Of a stretch of 64,000 nt of DNA, positions 27,975-43,148 are shown in pieces. Source of the stretch: Eledone cirrhosa (lineage: Eukaryota); assembly GCA_964016885.1 (NCBI GenBank), contig OZ024741.1, forward strand, positions 184,388,001-184,452,000. Reading direction: 5' to 3'. Below the pieces are notes generated by a model, which was not told the DNA's origin, did no database searches, and saw only the letters and a list, made by a program, of their open reading frames with translations. How positions within the stretch are numbered: position 1 is the stretch's first letter; each line of letters starts with the position of its first letter. Position numbers and translations under genes: made by a program.

Positions 27975-28777
27975 GTAGGAGGGCAACGTCCGTAGCTCCC
28001 GTACCAAGGCCACGGAAATCTAAAGCAGCATCATCAGTGGCGGCAACACCAATAGCTACATTTGAAGTAGCTACACCAGCAACACAATTGCCGAAGAGGG
28101 CTCCACTACCACCACAAACAGCAGTGGAGCTCATACCCCTCTCAGACGCCACAGAATCCGACATGGAGTTTTAGGCGGGAGTGAAGTGGCAAACGGTCTG
28201 CCACAAAAAAACAAAACAAAAAAAACCCCTTAGATTCACCCTCCAAAAGCGAAGGCATACAAAGAAGGGTAAAGGCAGCAAGGAAACTTGCAGCAACACC
28301 AAGACCATCACCACCACAAGCACCACTGACAAGAACAACCACACCACCACCAGCATCACCAAAAACACCAACAACGCAAACACAACAAGACACACAGACC
28401 AAACAGCAACAAGAAGAAAACAGCAACAAAATCACCCCTCCCCCCCAAAAGTACACAGCCATAAACATGGCAAAAAAAGAACTCATACAATATATAAAGC
28501 AGCACACAGACATCACAGATAAAAACTACTACACCCCAACACCAAGAACTCTCGCGACAAACATAAGCATCATTGAAATCTCAATAGAACAGTACAAACC
28601 TTTAAAACAAAAATTCCCCAACGCAGTTGGAGACTTCAGAGGGTCGGTTACCAAGAGTATATACACTGATATCCTCTTGGAAACACCCATTACCAGCGAA
28701 AGGGACGATTCTACTGTCCCTTCACCACACGATCAAGGTAAGTGACTCTTTCTAACTTGCCCCGTTTCTCATCCAAC

Positions 28778-31467
28778 ATGGCCGTACTCAGAATAGGCAG
28801 TATAAATGCACGTGGCCTGGGGTTGTCCACAATTTAAAATAGTCGACTACACAGACCACAAATTTACAGAGACCGGATGAGCGTATTAGTTAGGCGGGTA
28901 TTGACAGGAGCGATCGTTATCAACAGGTGGTGGTTCGCCCTGAAAAGGGCAATTAAAGTAGAGTCGATTAGGTTTAGCAAAGAAGTAGTGATAGAGGAAA
29001 ATAGAGTAGAGGGCGAGCTAGTCAGAAAGCTAGAAGAGGTGTTTAGGACAGGCATCGCAACCGACGTGCTTGCGGCGAGATTGGGACTTGACCAATTCTT
29101 CAACGCAAGACACGAAGGCTGCGTTGTCAGAGCTAGAGCGCGTGCTCTGAAACACGAGGGGGCAAAAGCCGTCCAATGGGCCCGGGTGGCAGAAGCGCGA
29201 CGTGGCAACAAGCCACAATTAGGTCTTTGTCTGACCAAAACGGGTGCGTGATGCTCAAACTCGAGCGTATGTGTGAAGCTTTTCAGTAGCACTTTGCTGA
29301 ACTGTTCGGGAGAGGGGTATGGATTTCAGTGCATACCTCGACGGACTGCCTCGGATCTCGACAACCGCAGCACAGTGCAGCGAAAAGCCAATAACAGCCG
29401 GTGAAATACGGGAAGCGATGGCTAACTGCACAAGGGGTAAATCGCTAGGTTTTGATGGTCTGCCTTATGAGCTTTATGCATTTATGCCAGACTTGTTCGG
29501 TGACCTCTTGGCAGACGTCTACTGAAACTGGCAGCAGTACGGGAGCATTCCCAGTTTTGTGAGCCGTGGAGCAGTGACGCTACTAAGAAAAGACTCGAAC
29601 AAGGGGGATGTTATCGATAATTTCAGGCCCATATCCCTGATAAACGCAGAGTTCAAGATTTTGGCCAAGGTGTTAGCAACGAGTTTGGCGCTTGTCGTCA
29701 AGGGTCTGGTGGGAGAGACGCAGACATGCGCCATTCCGGACAGATCCATACACGACAACCTCCACCTCATGCGATACATCATAGAGAGGGTGGTTAAGGA
29801 ACCTGGCACGGGTGGGGCCCTGATCAACTTGGATCAATCCAAAGCATTCGATAGGGTCGACCATCGGTACCTGGCGGCAGTCCTCGGGGCAGCCGGTTTC
29901 GGGCCCGTTTTCAGGGGTTGGATCGCAGCAATGTACAGCGACATCTGCTCAGTTGTGAGGGTCAACGGTCACCTGTCGCTGCCGTTCAGCATCATGGGCT
30001 CAGTCCGCCAGGGTTGTCTCCTCTCGTCCCTCTTGTACATATTGGCTCTCGAGCTGTTACTGCACAAGCTGGGGGCGATGAGGGGCGTCCCACGCGAACT
30101 AGGATGCGGGAAATCCGAGTCGGCTTACGCTGACGACGTCACCGTGGTGGTGTCGAGCACCAGACACGACCAGATGCTCGGCACCGCTCTCAAGGAATAC
30201 GAAGCGGTGACAGGGGCAAAGATAAACCAGGAAAAGTCGGTGGGCTTGCAGCTCGGCACCTGGAGAGGCAAGTCCATGCCGTCCGACAGCGTCGTGGGCG
30301 TTGGACGGACGGACCGGTTAAATTGCTCGGGGTCTGGTTCGGACCGGACCTCCAGATGGAGAAAAACTGGAACGAGGTGACGAGCAGGGTGGCCTCTCTC
30401 GCCCAGAAATGGGTTGAGAGGAAGCTGTCCCTGAAAAGCCGGGCGGAGGTGGCGAATGCGTACATCGCATCCGTCATCTGCTACCACCTCACCATCGTCC
30501 CTTACTCCAGCCCAACTCTCACCAAAATCGCCTCCTCTTCCGCTTTTTGTGGAAGGGACGCGCTCCCATGATCAGACGATCCATCTGCTGTCAACACCCG
30601 TTGCGCGGAGGACTGGGCATGCCATGGCTCATGATGCGCAAACATGCGCTGATGCTGCGGCATCTCTGGTGCTTCCTTGATGGTGAACAGGTGTTGTCGC
30701 CGTTCGCCAGGAACGTTTTCCCACAGCTCATCTCCTTGACGGAGCTGCAGTCCTGGGTCAGAAAAAGACCGAGGGATAGCGCTTGGAAACTTGAATGTCT
30801 CCAGGCGCTCACTGCTCTGTGCCAGCTGGGCACCAGTATCGGTGGAACATCCACCTCGGCCTTCTATAGAGGACTAGTGGAGGGGAAGAGCGGTGACATT
30901 CTCGGAGAAATCTTGGGCGTCGAAGAAGAACATCTGTTTGCTCTCTTCCGGAGAACTTTCAGCCGGGGGCCTATGGATAACTTCCCAAAATCCCTGGCCT
31001 GGCAGTGCTACGGGGGAGCGCTGCCGGTTCGAGATAAGCTCTAGAGGCACGGAAGTGCCGTCACCCGAGCCTGTCCGAGATGCGAGCAGAGCGACGAAAC
31101 CGTCGTGCGCGCACTCGTTCAGTGCCCGAGCATTGCTGACTTGTGGAGCTATGTCGAACAGTTGCTGTCGCGTGTAGGACTGATCCGTTTGTCGACTGAG
31201 TCCATTGTGCAGATGGTCTCGCCGTCTTCCTTCGAGGAGGAAGGGCAGGCGGTTTTCATCTGCCTGGTGGCCATGGCGAAAGAGATTGTGTGGTGGACAA
31301 GGTTAAAAGGGTTAAAGACAGACACTTTCCTCTTCGGCGAATCCCTAATTAACTTTTTCAAGTTTCACTTGACGAGGAAAATCAGGGTGGAGAGGCAAGT
31401 GCTGCCTTCTAGCAAGTTTTTTGAAAGGTGGGTGAACGTAGCGAGAATGGTCCGGATATGTTTGTAG
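28778..31467 (+). pseudogene. LINE ORF2 (APE mostly deleted, RT, Cys domain), frameshifted
   Basis: MAVLRIGSINARGLG; KSLGFDGLPYE; NFRPISLINAEFKILAK; LDQSKAFDRVDH; VRQGCLLS; AYADD; CPRCEQSDET. Confidence 0.9.
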
Positions 31468-31778
31468 TTTGAGAGATGGAAACATTGAGAGAGGGCGCTT
31501 GCCCTGGTGGTCAGGGTGGCCGTGGTCTTTTGTGTGGTTTTAGCCACGAGTAACCCTCGGAGTTTTCCCCCCTATTGGGGAATTTTTCATTGTTTCAATT
31601 TTCATTTTTATTGTTTATATATATATATATGTTTCTATGTCCTTTTTTTCTTTTTTTTTTCTTATATAAATAATAAAAATATTTACACGCACAAACCCAC
31701 ATCGTACCGTTCTGTTCCGTCTGTAATGTTTTTCTTGATGTCAGCCCTTGTGGCCAATAAAGAAATCATTATTATTTA

Positions 31779-31960
31779 GTGGATTGGCAGTATCAGTAGA
31801 GGGTCGGACGCCATGCTTTCTAGCATAGAGTTACGTCCCTTTACGGACTGAGTTCAAATCCCTCCAAGGTTAACTTTGCCTTTCATCCTTACGGGATCGA
31901 TAAAATAATGTACCAGTAATGTAGTGGGTATTTGCTGGCCTTGTGCCAAAAGTAGAAACA
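31779..31960 (+). mobile_element. SINE (family S) inserted in the LINE tail
   Basis: TSD attattattt at 31768-31777 and 31961-31970. Confidence 0.9.
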
Positions 31961-32175
31961 ATTATTATTTTGTTTCTTGTAATATTGTTCGTGTTTTGGA
32001 AATAATATATCATGTGATATGTATCTAAAACAATATACGCCGTCAAGTCTATAATTTTACATAAAAATATAGAAACAACAATACAATATACACATTGATA
32101 GAAATTTATGTGTGAGTATCCGTGGAGGAGGTGCTTGACTGTATGTGCATTCGGGAGGCTATTATACTAAAAAAA

Positions 32176-32359
32176 AATAATTGTTTCTACTTTTGGCACA
32201 AAGTCAGCAATGACCCAGTAGATTACTGGTACTTTATTTTATCGACCCCGTAAGGATGAAAGGCAAAGTTAACCTCGGCGGGATTTGAACTCAGAATGGC
32301 AAGAGCCGTAACTCTTTACGTCAAAGCATGGCGTCCGACCTTCTACAGATACTGCCAAT
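32176..32359 (-). mobile_element. SINE (family S)
   Basis: Full reverse copy, convergent with 31779-31960. Confidence 0.9.
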
Positions 32360-32415
32360 ATAATGCCCACTTATATACAATACTCTATAAATTTTAATTT
32401 CAATTCCTTATGTAA

Positions 32416-32598
<183 letters not shown>

Positions 32599-33580
32599 TT
32601 AAGACAATGAAATAAAAAATCAAGTCATTAGAGAGATATATATATCTCTAATGACTCGATTTTTTATTTCATTGTCTTAACTTATATCATGACTCTGTTT
32701 TCCTTTTAATGTTTTATTGTTTCTGAGATTTATCTTAACCTACAACACTTTCAACATATAGATTACATCGAGTTCTTCATACAGAATAGACCCCTCAACT
32801 TACAGTGGATACCTCTGTGTATATATATGTATATATATAGGATGGTGGTTAGGACGGAACAGGAGGAGAAATGAAGCAAGGAGTTTCCATCGTCAGCTGT
32901 AAATGCTTCCCGAACCGATGTTTCAGCGCTGAATTACAGGGCATCGGTGTAGTTCGGGTGCGCCCGACGCCTTTTATTAATCAAAAGGCCAGGTGGAAAA
33001 GGAGAGAGAAAGAGAGAAAAAAAGGGGGAGAAAGGAGAGAGAAAAGGAAAGAGATAGAAAGGAGGAAGAACAGAGGGGGTGAATGGGGAAAAATAGGAAA
33101 AGAATAGGAGAAAAAAAAGTGTACAGGTCCCATCGTGGGAAGACAGGTGAAAGAAACATGCAAAAAAAGTAACCGTGGAAAAATGGGGAAAGTAAGTTGT
33201 GACCAGCCTGGGAGACTTTAGCCTGTTGGTCATCTACGACTCAGAGCTGGTATAATCGTGCTGCCTCTCACATAGACAGGAGAAAGTGAGAGAGAGACAC
33301 GGGCAACCAAAAGTGAGGAGGAGAAGGGAAAGGGAGATAATCCAGAAGGGTTTTTTGTACGACGGTGGTAAAAACGTGCCACAAAGATTGCGGACAGAGA
33401 GGCCACCACAGCACGTGTAAACATGTCAACAATCAAAACCGAACGGATCGATAGAGAGAGAGAGAGGGAGAGAGAGAGAAAAAACTAGAGTGAGGAGGAG
33501 AAGGGAAGAGAGAAGAGAGGGTCGATGCGAAAGTGTGGAGGGAACATAGATCGACCAAAGTAGGTAGGGTCATAACTTTT

Positions 33581-33625
<45 letters not shown>

Positions 33626-33946
33626 ATAATAATAAATTTGCTTAAACATTAATCTGTTATTTTAATAAATATATATATATATTATACGCATATATATGTA
33701 TATAATAATAACAATATATACAGCGTATTTAGATAGAAATCAGCTTTGTACATTTTCATGTATTCTTCATCTAGTTTATATACATATAATTATGTGTGCG
33801 CATGTGCACAAGTATGGATATATGAATACACACACTTACATATATTGTTTGCTATCGTGTATTGAGTTTATTGATAGAACGGCTCAACTCTTCCCTGGAA
33901 TTTACATATATATGATATATACACATATACATACCTTTACAACACA

Positions 33947-34032
<86 letters not shown>

Positions 34033-35267
34033 CAACACACTCATATATATATATATATATATATACATATATAAACAAATATATATATATATATATATAT
34101 ATAATATGAAGTGTTAAACTAACATATATCATCATTGTACTGTATTGTTCCGTAATTCTTCTTTGTTGATTTTCTTATGTATGCACACAGACGCATAAAT
34201 ACTTACATACATACTTACATACATGCATACATACATACATACATACATACATACATACATACATACATACATACGTACGTACATACATACATATATACGT
34301 ACACACATACACTTACTTGTTTTTGTCTATTCATAAGGTGTGTTCATTTGTGAGTGTTTTGTCATATGAATACTGACAAATTGTAAAACAGTACCGAAAT
34401 GATATAAACACACAGATTCATAAACACACACTCACACACGCACAAATGCATATATGTATGTATGTACGTATGTATGTATGTATGTATGTATGTTTGTATG
34501 TATGTATGTATGTATGCATGTATGGATGTATGTTTGTATGTATGTTTGTATGTATGTATGTAGGTATGTGTATGTATGTATGTATGTATGTATGTATGTA
34601 TGTATGTATGTATGTATGTATGTATGTATGTATGTATACAGTCCATCACAGCTGCTATATTTTTATTTTATGATGGAAAATCCTCACCAAGAATCAATGT
34701 AGACCGAATAAATATATATCAGTGAAATAAAATAAAATATAACAATAAAATGAAATAGAAAAAACGACGTATAAATAATAACGATTGCTGTAAACCCTTT
34801 ATTTTTTCCCCATTTTTTAATTTCCGCCATTTTCCAATTTCACAACTTTACAATATTCTATTCGTCTAATTCAATATTCTAATATCGAAGTATATTTCGA
34901 AATAACTGTGTATTGGTAGATTGATTAGAACATCGGGCGAAATTGCTTTGCGGTTTTATCCGGCTTGCTTTTATATATGAGTTAAGTTGTATCTTCCATT
35001 TTTTCCTGAATCAATAAAATGTACAATTTTGTTCTGAGCTAGATGTAATGCATACAGCCGTCGCTGTGTAATTTAGAAGGCAATTGTGCGACTGCGTGAT
35101 TCCAGCTCCGATCTACCTGTACAGCGCTTTGGGAAAATATCTTTTACAATGGCTTCGATTTGACCAATATGCCCTTCTCTCTCATTCCCTGTCTATCTGT
35201 TTCTCTCCTTCTGCATAAACACATACACAAATAAACACACACACAATACACACACACACACACACAC

Positions 35268-35369
<102 letters not shown>

Positions 35370-35386
35370 TATATATATATATATAG

Positions 35387-35485
<99 letters not shown>

Positions 35486-37465
35486 GCACACACATGCATA
35501 TATATACAATAGCTTATGAACGAAAAGTGTATAGTTTTATATACATTTGAATATATCAGTATATCAGCCAAAAATTCACGCAGAGAAAAACTTAGATATG
35601 ACGAATAGATAACTACATGTATATCTCGTCAGGCCCCTGAAGGCGTGCGGTTTCACGCATTAATGTGGAATTGCACTTGTAATGCTAGTTTGCAGAACAG
35701 ATTGAAGAACCTCTCTTTTGATAGGATGCATGTGAGACAATATTACAACAAAGACTGATGGAATTTCACGCGTGTTTTCGACAAAACAGGAGATAATTAC
35801 ATACAAATATTACAGCTAAAAATAAATAGACAACATATTTTGAACTGAATGACAACATATTTTGAAATAAATGACATTGTAAACCGAAATAGAAGTTAGC
35901 GCTGGAAAGATGAAAAGATTTAGACTTTTGCCAAATGAATATAGTTCGTTGACAGAACGTAATAAAAGTTGTTCTGCTACTCAGTGAATCAAAGGGGTGA
36001 AAGAAAGGAGGGATTGCCAGAAGAAGAAGGGAAGGAAAACGAGAGAACAGGAGTGAGAAAACAAGAAAAGAAGGAACTGTGAAGGAAAGAATGAGAAAGC
36101 CAGAGAGGGAAGGGGAAAAAGAAATAAAGGAAGAGTGAGAGAAAGGAAATGAGATGAGGAGAGAACAAAGAAGAAATTGAAATAAGAGGGACCTATTGTA
36201 ACGCAAGTAATGAGGCCGTAGTTTATCGTAAAAAAGCGTATAACGCTATATACATATAAATATTGTATCAGATGAAAATGCAAACACTTACACAAAGCGA
36301 ACAAACAACTGCATCTCTATCTCATCAGCTACCTACCGGTGTGCAATTTCGCTCATTAATGTGTGATTGCGCTTGTAATACCAGTGTGTGCAATAGATTG
36401 AAGAACCACTTTGCTGGTACGATGCAAGAGAGACATCACAACAAAGAATAGACAGGAAACATTTACGATTAATTTTCGACGAAAACAGAAACATATAAAA
36501 AAAATATAAAGAGAAAGACAACACTCTCTGTCTGTTTGTCTCTCTCTGTCTCTCTCTCTATATATATTTCTCCCTACCCCTCTCTCCCTCTCTCGTTAAA
36601 ATCAGACACAGTTTGATAATTGATTTGATTTATCTTTCAAGGAAGCTAGTTTTTAAGATAATGAAAGAAACGTGTATCCAGTAATGAAAACATTAGTATT
36701 GTAGTGTCTCACTTCTGAACATGTATAATTATGTTCCACTTGTTTGACCAAAGGAACATCCAGCTCGTGAAATTAACGTGTCACTTGTGCCACATTCCTC
36801 TTACACGCGTACATTTATGGTAATTCTCAGGGAGATTCAGCGTAACTCAGTATGTGACAAGGCTGGTCATTTGCATTGCAGTTACAACTCCTGTTTTTTA
36901 CCAATTGAGTGATTTGAAACAACTTCAGATTAAAGTATCTCACCCAAGGATACAACGTGTCGTTAGGAATCTAACGATTTCTACTACGATTGTTAGCTGA
37001 ATACTTTATCTACTAGAATTCTATTGCATCGGTTTCAGTTAATTAAGTATAAACATTTTATTACAAATGCAAACAAGATATATTTACATACTCCAAATAG
37101 AAACGAACCAAATGAAAGCATTAACCCGCCTAAAATCGGCTCTGGTTTTATGATACAAAACTGCACGTTTTAAGTGTTCATATTTGTACTAAAAGCTTCC
37201 ATCATAAAATTTTAAAGACATTTTTGTTAAATGATATTCCAAATACCATTTGTGGTTTTTAATATTTTCCAAATTATTTTAAACATATAGGCAATGTATT
37301 TCATTTGAAATGCTCTAATGAAAGTACTTCTAACATTCATATGAAAGGCTTGAATGCTATACCTTCCATAATGTAAATCTCTTAAACAGAACAGCTTTTA
37401 TACACCTTTAATAAATATACCTATTCATCTAACTTCAAATAAATGACTCCATTTATCACATCTAT

Positions 37466-37545
<80 letters not shown>

Positions 37546-37597
37546 ATAGATGTGATAAATGGAGTCATTTATTTATATAGATGTGATAAATGGAGTC

Positions 37598-37631
<34 letters not shown>

Positions 37632-37729
37632 GTTATTCCGGGTTGAATCGGAGGTAACCACAGTAAGTAAGGTACTCAATACATAGCAGAGTATAACAGT
37701 TTTAATATAGATGAGATTCTACAGGACTA

Positions 37730-37758
37730 GAACTGTTTCATTCATTAGAAATCATCAG

Positions 37759-37759
<1 letters not shown>
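37730..37759 (-). ncRNA. Minimal hammerhead core, truncated at stem I by (TA)n
   Basis: c-CTGATGA-tttc-taat-gaat-GAAA-cagttc within a 130-bp segment between TA tracts. Confidence 0.5.
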
Positions 37760-37833
<74 letters not shown>

Positions 37834-37953
37834 TTCATATGTATATATATATTTCTTTATTTTTCTATTTGCCGATATATATTTATTAACTCATACGTAC
37901 GTACCCGCTCACTAGTATACACAGGGCACACAAAAAGTTATACACACACACAC

Positions 37954-37986
<33 letters not shown>

Positions 37987-40635
37987 CATATATAAATGTA
38001 TATATATATATGTATATATATATACATGTATATATATACATGTTTATATATATATGTATATATATATATATGTATATATGTATATATATATAAACAATGT
38101 TTATATCGAGGTTGAAGCACGTGTCTATTAGAATTCGTAGAATAGTGAGAACTCAACGCAAGGAAGCTGTTAGAACAGCAAAATGGCGTCAATCACAACG
38201 CCGGGTAAGATTTACCCCAAACGATCGAAATTAACGGCTAAAAGCGCGTCAACGCGGCACTAGGTCGCTGGTAGGAGAGACAACAACAAAGGCACTGGCT
38301 GCTGCACGTCACTTCCGCTTGCTACCTCATCCACAGCCAGTGATAAATACACTCACACTTCAAACTCGATATTGATAATGCATATAAATGCAGAAACCGG
38401 TAATAGACAATAATTAAATATATAAATAGATAGATAAATGCCATTGTTAAATAATAAATAAATCAACTAATACCTAAACACTTCACACAAAGTAAAACAT
38501 TTCGTTTTAATCATTTTCTAACCCAGAAAAGAGAGAGAGAGACAAAAAAAAAAAAGGAAAAAAAAAGTTTTTCTTCCTCATAATCGTCTCTTTCTCCCTG
38601 TTTTCATATATATATATATCCTAACTCGTGTGCCTCCTCTCCACATTTTATTATTATTATTATTCACCCCCACACGAGACACAGAAAATGCCTACTAAAT
38701 CAAAAACAGACTCCACTCTCATCAGCTACAAAAAATTAACTCTAACATGTCAATACTCACCAACAAACTAAACTCTACAAGTGAAGTAACAATCCTCAAA
38801 TACACATCCTCTGAAATCAACGACAATATCAATAACTTATGTGAAACAATAAAAACACACCTGAATAACAACGCAAACCCTATTCAAACGAACGAAAATA
38901 AACATGACACTAATACACTCACAACTTAACAAATAAAAAACAAATTAATACCACAATGGTACACATCTCTTAATAACAGTAAATTCCCCTTTTGGAAGAT
39001 GATACAAAACAATAACAAAGCGGAGATCTATGAAAAATGGATTAACTCGTCCCCATTAATCATTCCCCGAAAACTACAAATGAAATTCATCCCAAACGAA
39101 CCAGAGACACAAAGACAGCTCAGGGAAAGAATGGCACTTGATAACATAAAAACCGAAATTGAACTCCTTGATGAGATTAATCTAGCAATTATCAATAAAA
39201 CCAAAGACACCACCCTAGAAAATATTTCAAAACTATGGTTAGAGGACTGTAATAAGGAAGAATTAAAATCCCTTCAACGCTGGGAAATAAACGAAACCTG
39301 GTTCTCTAACTATGAAACACTTTTCCAAAAAGAACACACATCCCAAAACCCCTTCATTAAAACCATAATAACAAGAAAACTCAATCAACACCCAAACAAC
39401 ACACAACAACCAACAACATCAAAAAACAATACCTCCCCACATACCAACAAAAGAAGGCATCACCTCTCCCCTACCTCCTACACCCACCACATAGCTACCA
39501 CACGGACTCCCAAGCAACAAATATAGTAATAGAGAAACATCAGCTACAAGATAGACACTACAACTTCTCTCCTACCAGGAGAAACCATAGAATCCCCCAC
39601 ACTTACAACCCCTCTAACATCCCCACACAACAAACCCACAACCATCATTACTTCCAATATAGAACCCAAAATATACAACTAGCACACATATCACACAGAG
39701 CCTCACAACCACACACCAGCTATAAGGAAACCCTATTCTACCCTCCCCCACTTACCACACCCTACTACAACAACACCAGCAGGGGACAATACAACCACAC
39801 CAGACACCCTAACCACTAAAACCACCATAGCTACCCACCATAAAACAGCAACAACAGGACTCAATATGAACACACAAGACAACCCTACTACAACTACCAC
39901 CAAGTCTACACACCCTACAACAACAGCAGTGCTCAACACAACCACACGTTACAACCCAACTTCAACAATCACCACAACTTCACACCCTATAACCACGTCC
40001 ATCAAATCTACACACCATACAACAACATCAGCAGGGCTCAATACAACCACACGATACAACCTAAACTCAACAACCACCACAGCTACACACCATCTTACAA
40101 CAAAAGCAGGAGCCAATACAACTATAAGAGACATCCAAACTTCAACAGCCATCACAACTTCCGTAATCATTTTTAGACACAGCACACAGACACAGGATTA
40201 CAAGATAACTCAAAACACACAGGAGACACAAAATGCAATAAAAATTGTCAATTTAACCTCCAAAGAATTAACAACAGACCAAATCAACATACTCTCCAAA
40301 GGTCTAAAATTTACACCAACTCCCCAACAACCAAACTGCCCCGAAATGAAGGAAGATATTGCAGAATTCTGTAGAAAACTAAGACTCAGCGAACAACTAT
40401 ACAACAAATACAATGAGGATGACTCAATAGCCAGAAATAGAAGCAACTACACCCCACCAAGAATAAATTCCTCGATCAATTCTGCGGACACATTACTACT
40501 TACCCATACCACCACCTACACAGACATAAACAAAAACCAAACCTAAGCAAAAAATAATGGAATGGTCTTAACAGTCTAAAAAACAACAAAATCTTAACAA
40601 TCAAAGAGGCAGGTAAACGGAGTGCAGTAGTCCTT

Positions 40636-41862
40636 ATGGGGACAGATTATTACTCAACTCTAGTACTCTCAACTCTAGAAAACCAAACATATTATGAAAA
40701 GGCCCAACACTACACACAACACAAAATAATGAGAAACCTAAAATACCTAACAACCCTTTACAAAGAAGGCCTTACAGACAAGGAATACAACTACATCACC
40801 AATTTCAAAAGCAGAACCAGCCTCTTCTACGGTATCTCCAAGATATACAAAAGCGAAGTAATAGGCAGGGCCTGCAAGCAAGCCACTGACGTTTACATCA
40901 ATATAGCCCCTCCTGATGACCTTAAATTAAGACCCATAATAGCAGGCACCACATATGAAACACATCGCCTAAGTAACTTCCTAGATATTCTGCTTAAACC
41001 TTTCCTAAAACATATAAAAAGCTTCATAAGGGACGACCTTGACATGCTCAACCACCTCCCAACAACACTCAATAACGAACATACCCTACTAGTAACCTTT
41101 GATGTCATCAATTTATATTCCAATATCCCACACAACCTAGGTATAGAGGCAATACCATTCTGGATGGAAAATTTCCCTAGTGAACTTCCACAGCGCATCC
41201 CTAAAGAATTTGTGTTGGAGGGACTCAAATTCATCTTGGAAAACAATTTCTTCGAATTCAATGCCAAATACTACAGACAGAAATCTGGGACTGCCATGGG
41301 CACGAAAGTGGTCCCCTCATACGCCAACCTTGTCATGGGATATTTGGAAACCATTCTCTACCGCAAAGTTCTAGACAAATACGGCACCCACTTCTATCAA
41401 CACATAGAAAAGAACTGGAAGAGATATCTGGACGACTGCTTCATCCTCTGGCATGAAAGTATAGATAGACTGTTTGAGTTCAAAACCCTTCGGAATGAGC
41501 TCAACACTAACTTACAATTCACAATGGATTACAGCCATGAACAACTCCCTTTCCTCGACATCCTCATCAAGAAAACAAGCAACAAAATAGAAACAGATAT
41601 ATACTACAAACCCACAGACTCCAAACAATACCTTCCATTCAACTCGTGCCACCCTAGACACACCAAAATGGCAATTCCTTATAACTTAACCAGAAGGATC
41701 TGCACAATAGTTTCAGATAAATACACATGCTACACACGACTAGAAGAATTAAAAAAACACACTTATCAGCAGAAACTACCCACCATCCCTAATCACCAAT
41801 GGATTCCAACATGCTCTAAAACTAAACATCCAGGAACTCAGAGACCCCAAACCCAGGTGTGA
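40636..41862 (+). pseudogene. PLE reverse transcriptase (core and thumb)
   Basis: LRPII, LVTFDVINLYSNIP, YYRQKSGTAMGTK..PSYANL.MGYLE, WKRYLDDCF, LPFLD, DIYYKPTDSKQYL.FNSCHP. Confidence 0.92.
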
Positions 41863-42084
41863 ACCGCAACAAAAACTCTACCATACATCTCCACACACAA
41901 CCCCCTCAACAATGAGGCATTCGACCCCATCCTTCAGAACATTCCTTTACTAAAAAGAGACCCGAGAATGAACAATATCCTCCAACACACAACATCATAA
42001 AGAGCAAAAGACAACCCAAATCCATAAAAAACATCCTCGCACAAGCCAAAATCCAACAAACCCTCACAATAAACCCTACAGTAA

Positions 42085-42558
42085 CAAAATGCGGAAGGCC
42101 CAACGGTGGCATATGCATAAATCTAATAGAAGGTTCAATATTCCATTTTAAACAAGGACAACGTTTCACAGTTAAACACAACTTTACATGTGCTTCTGAA
42201 AACCTTATCTATGTTTTGACCTGCTCAGGTTGTCAAGAGCACTACATAGGACCAGACAAAAAACAGCCTCCGTCAACGTATGACCGTCCATAAATCACAA
42301 ATTAAAATACAGGAATACAGAAAGATTGCATTTAGTGAACATATCGCCAATTGTGCTCTCAACCAACATCCAAACTTTAAAATTTTCCCCATTTACAAAT
42401 TCATAGACAACGCTACTTTCATCCAACGCACCAATAAGGAAACACATTTCATTAATAAATTTCAACCACCACTCAATGCCCTAAAAATCAGACCAATCTT
42501 AAAACTGCAACAAACCATCAAACATTTACAAGAGTTACCTCCCTCACACCCTACCTAA
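42085..42558 (+). pseudogene. PLE GIY-YIG endonuclease, frameshifted
   Basis: KCGRPNGGIC...FTCASENLIYVLTCSGCQEHYIG / QTKNSLRQRMTVHKSQI...EH...KETHFINKFQPPLN. Confidence 0.85.
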
Positions 42559-43148
42559 TCCTTTTTCTTAAATAAATTAAATATCACCCAGCAAGAATTG
42601 CTTCCCCCTGCATATTAACTCTCTAAAAAGGGAAATCATATCAAACCATAGTCCACCATTTGCCTCCTTCACAGAACCATGGTTCAACTAAGAACTCTTG
42701 CGACATTTACACATTTTGAACTGCTTAACTTCAATGACTGTGCTTGCAAATAACGTTATTTTTTTCTTCCACATTGACTTTTTACGTTCCACATTATGCA
42801 CGTTTTTTTTCCTTTTTCTTTTTTCTTTTCACTTCTTAAATCTTGTTTGTATATAACATTATTCTTTCTGCACCTTCTGTTTAACATGTGCGACACCACA
42901 CTAATACGTTTCACTATCATTTGATAATGCATATAAATGCAGAAACCGGTAATAGACAATAATTAAATATATAAATAGATAAATAAATGCCATTGTTAAA
43001 TAATAATCAATTAATATCTTAACACTTCACACAAAGTAAAACAGTTCGTTTTAATCATTTTCTAACCCAGAAAAGAGAGAGAGAGAGGCAAAAAAAGGAA
43101 AAATTATATATATATATTTCTTCCTTATAATCGTCTCTTTCTCCTTCT

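Larger units (their letters stand above)
26955..31777 (+). mobile_element. Tx1/L1-clade LINE, near full length, decayed
   Basis: ORF1 with zinc knuckle, ORF2 with APE start, RT and C-terminal Cys motif, aataaa + (ATT)n tail; the 5' boundary is approximate. Confidence 0.9.

Noticed and set aside
32895-32990. Possible decayed minus-strand HHR (ggcg...cgct-GAAAcatcggtt)
   Set aside because: Core unrecognisable and stem I weak.
35611-36490. Old diverged direct repeat (35611-35790 and 36307-36490)
   Set aside because: Real but low identity, with no motif or structure to interpret.
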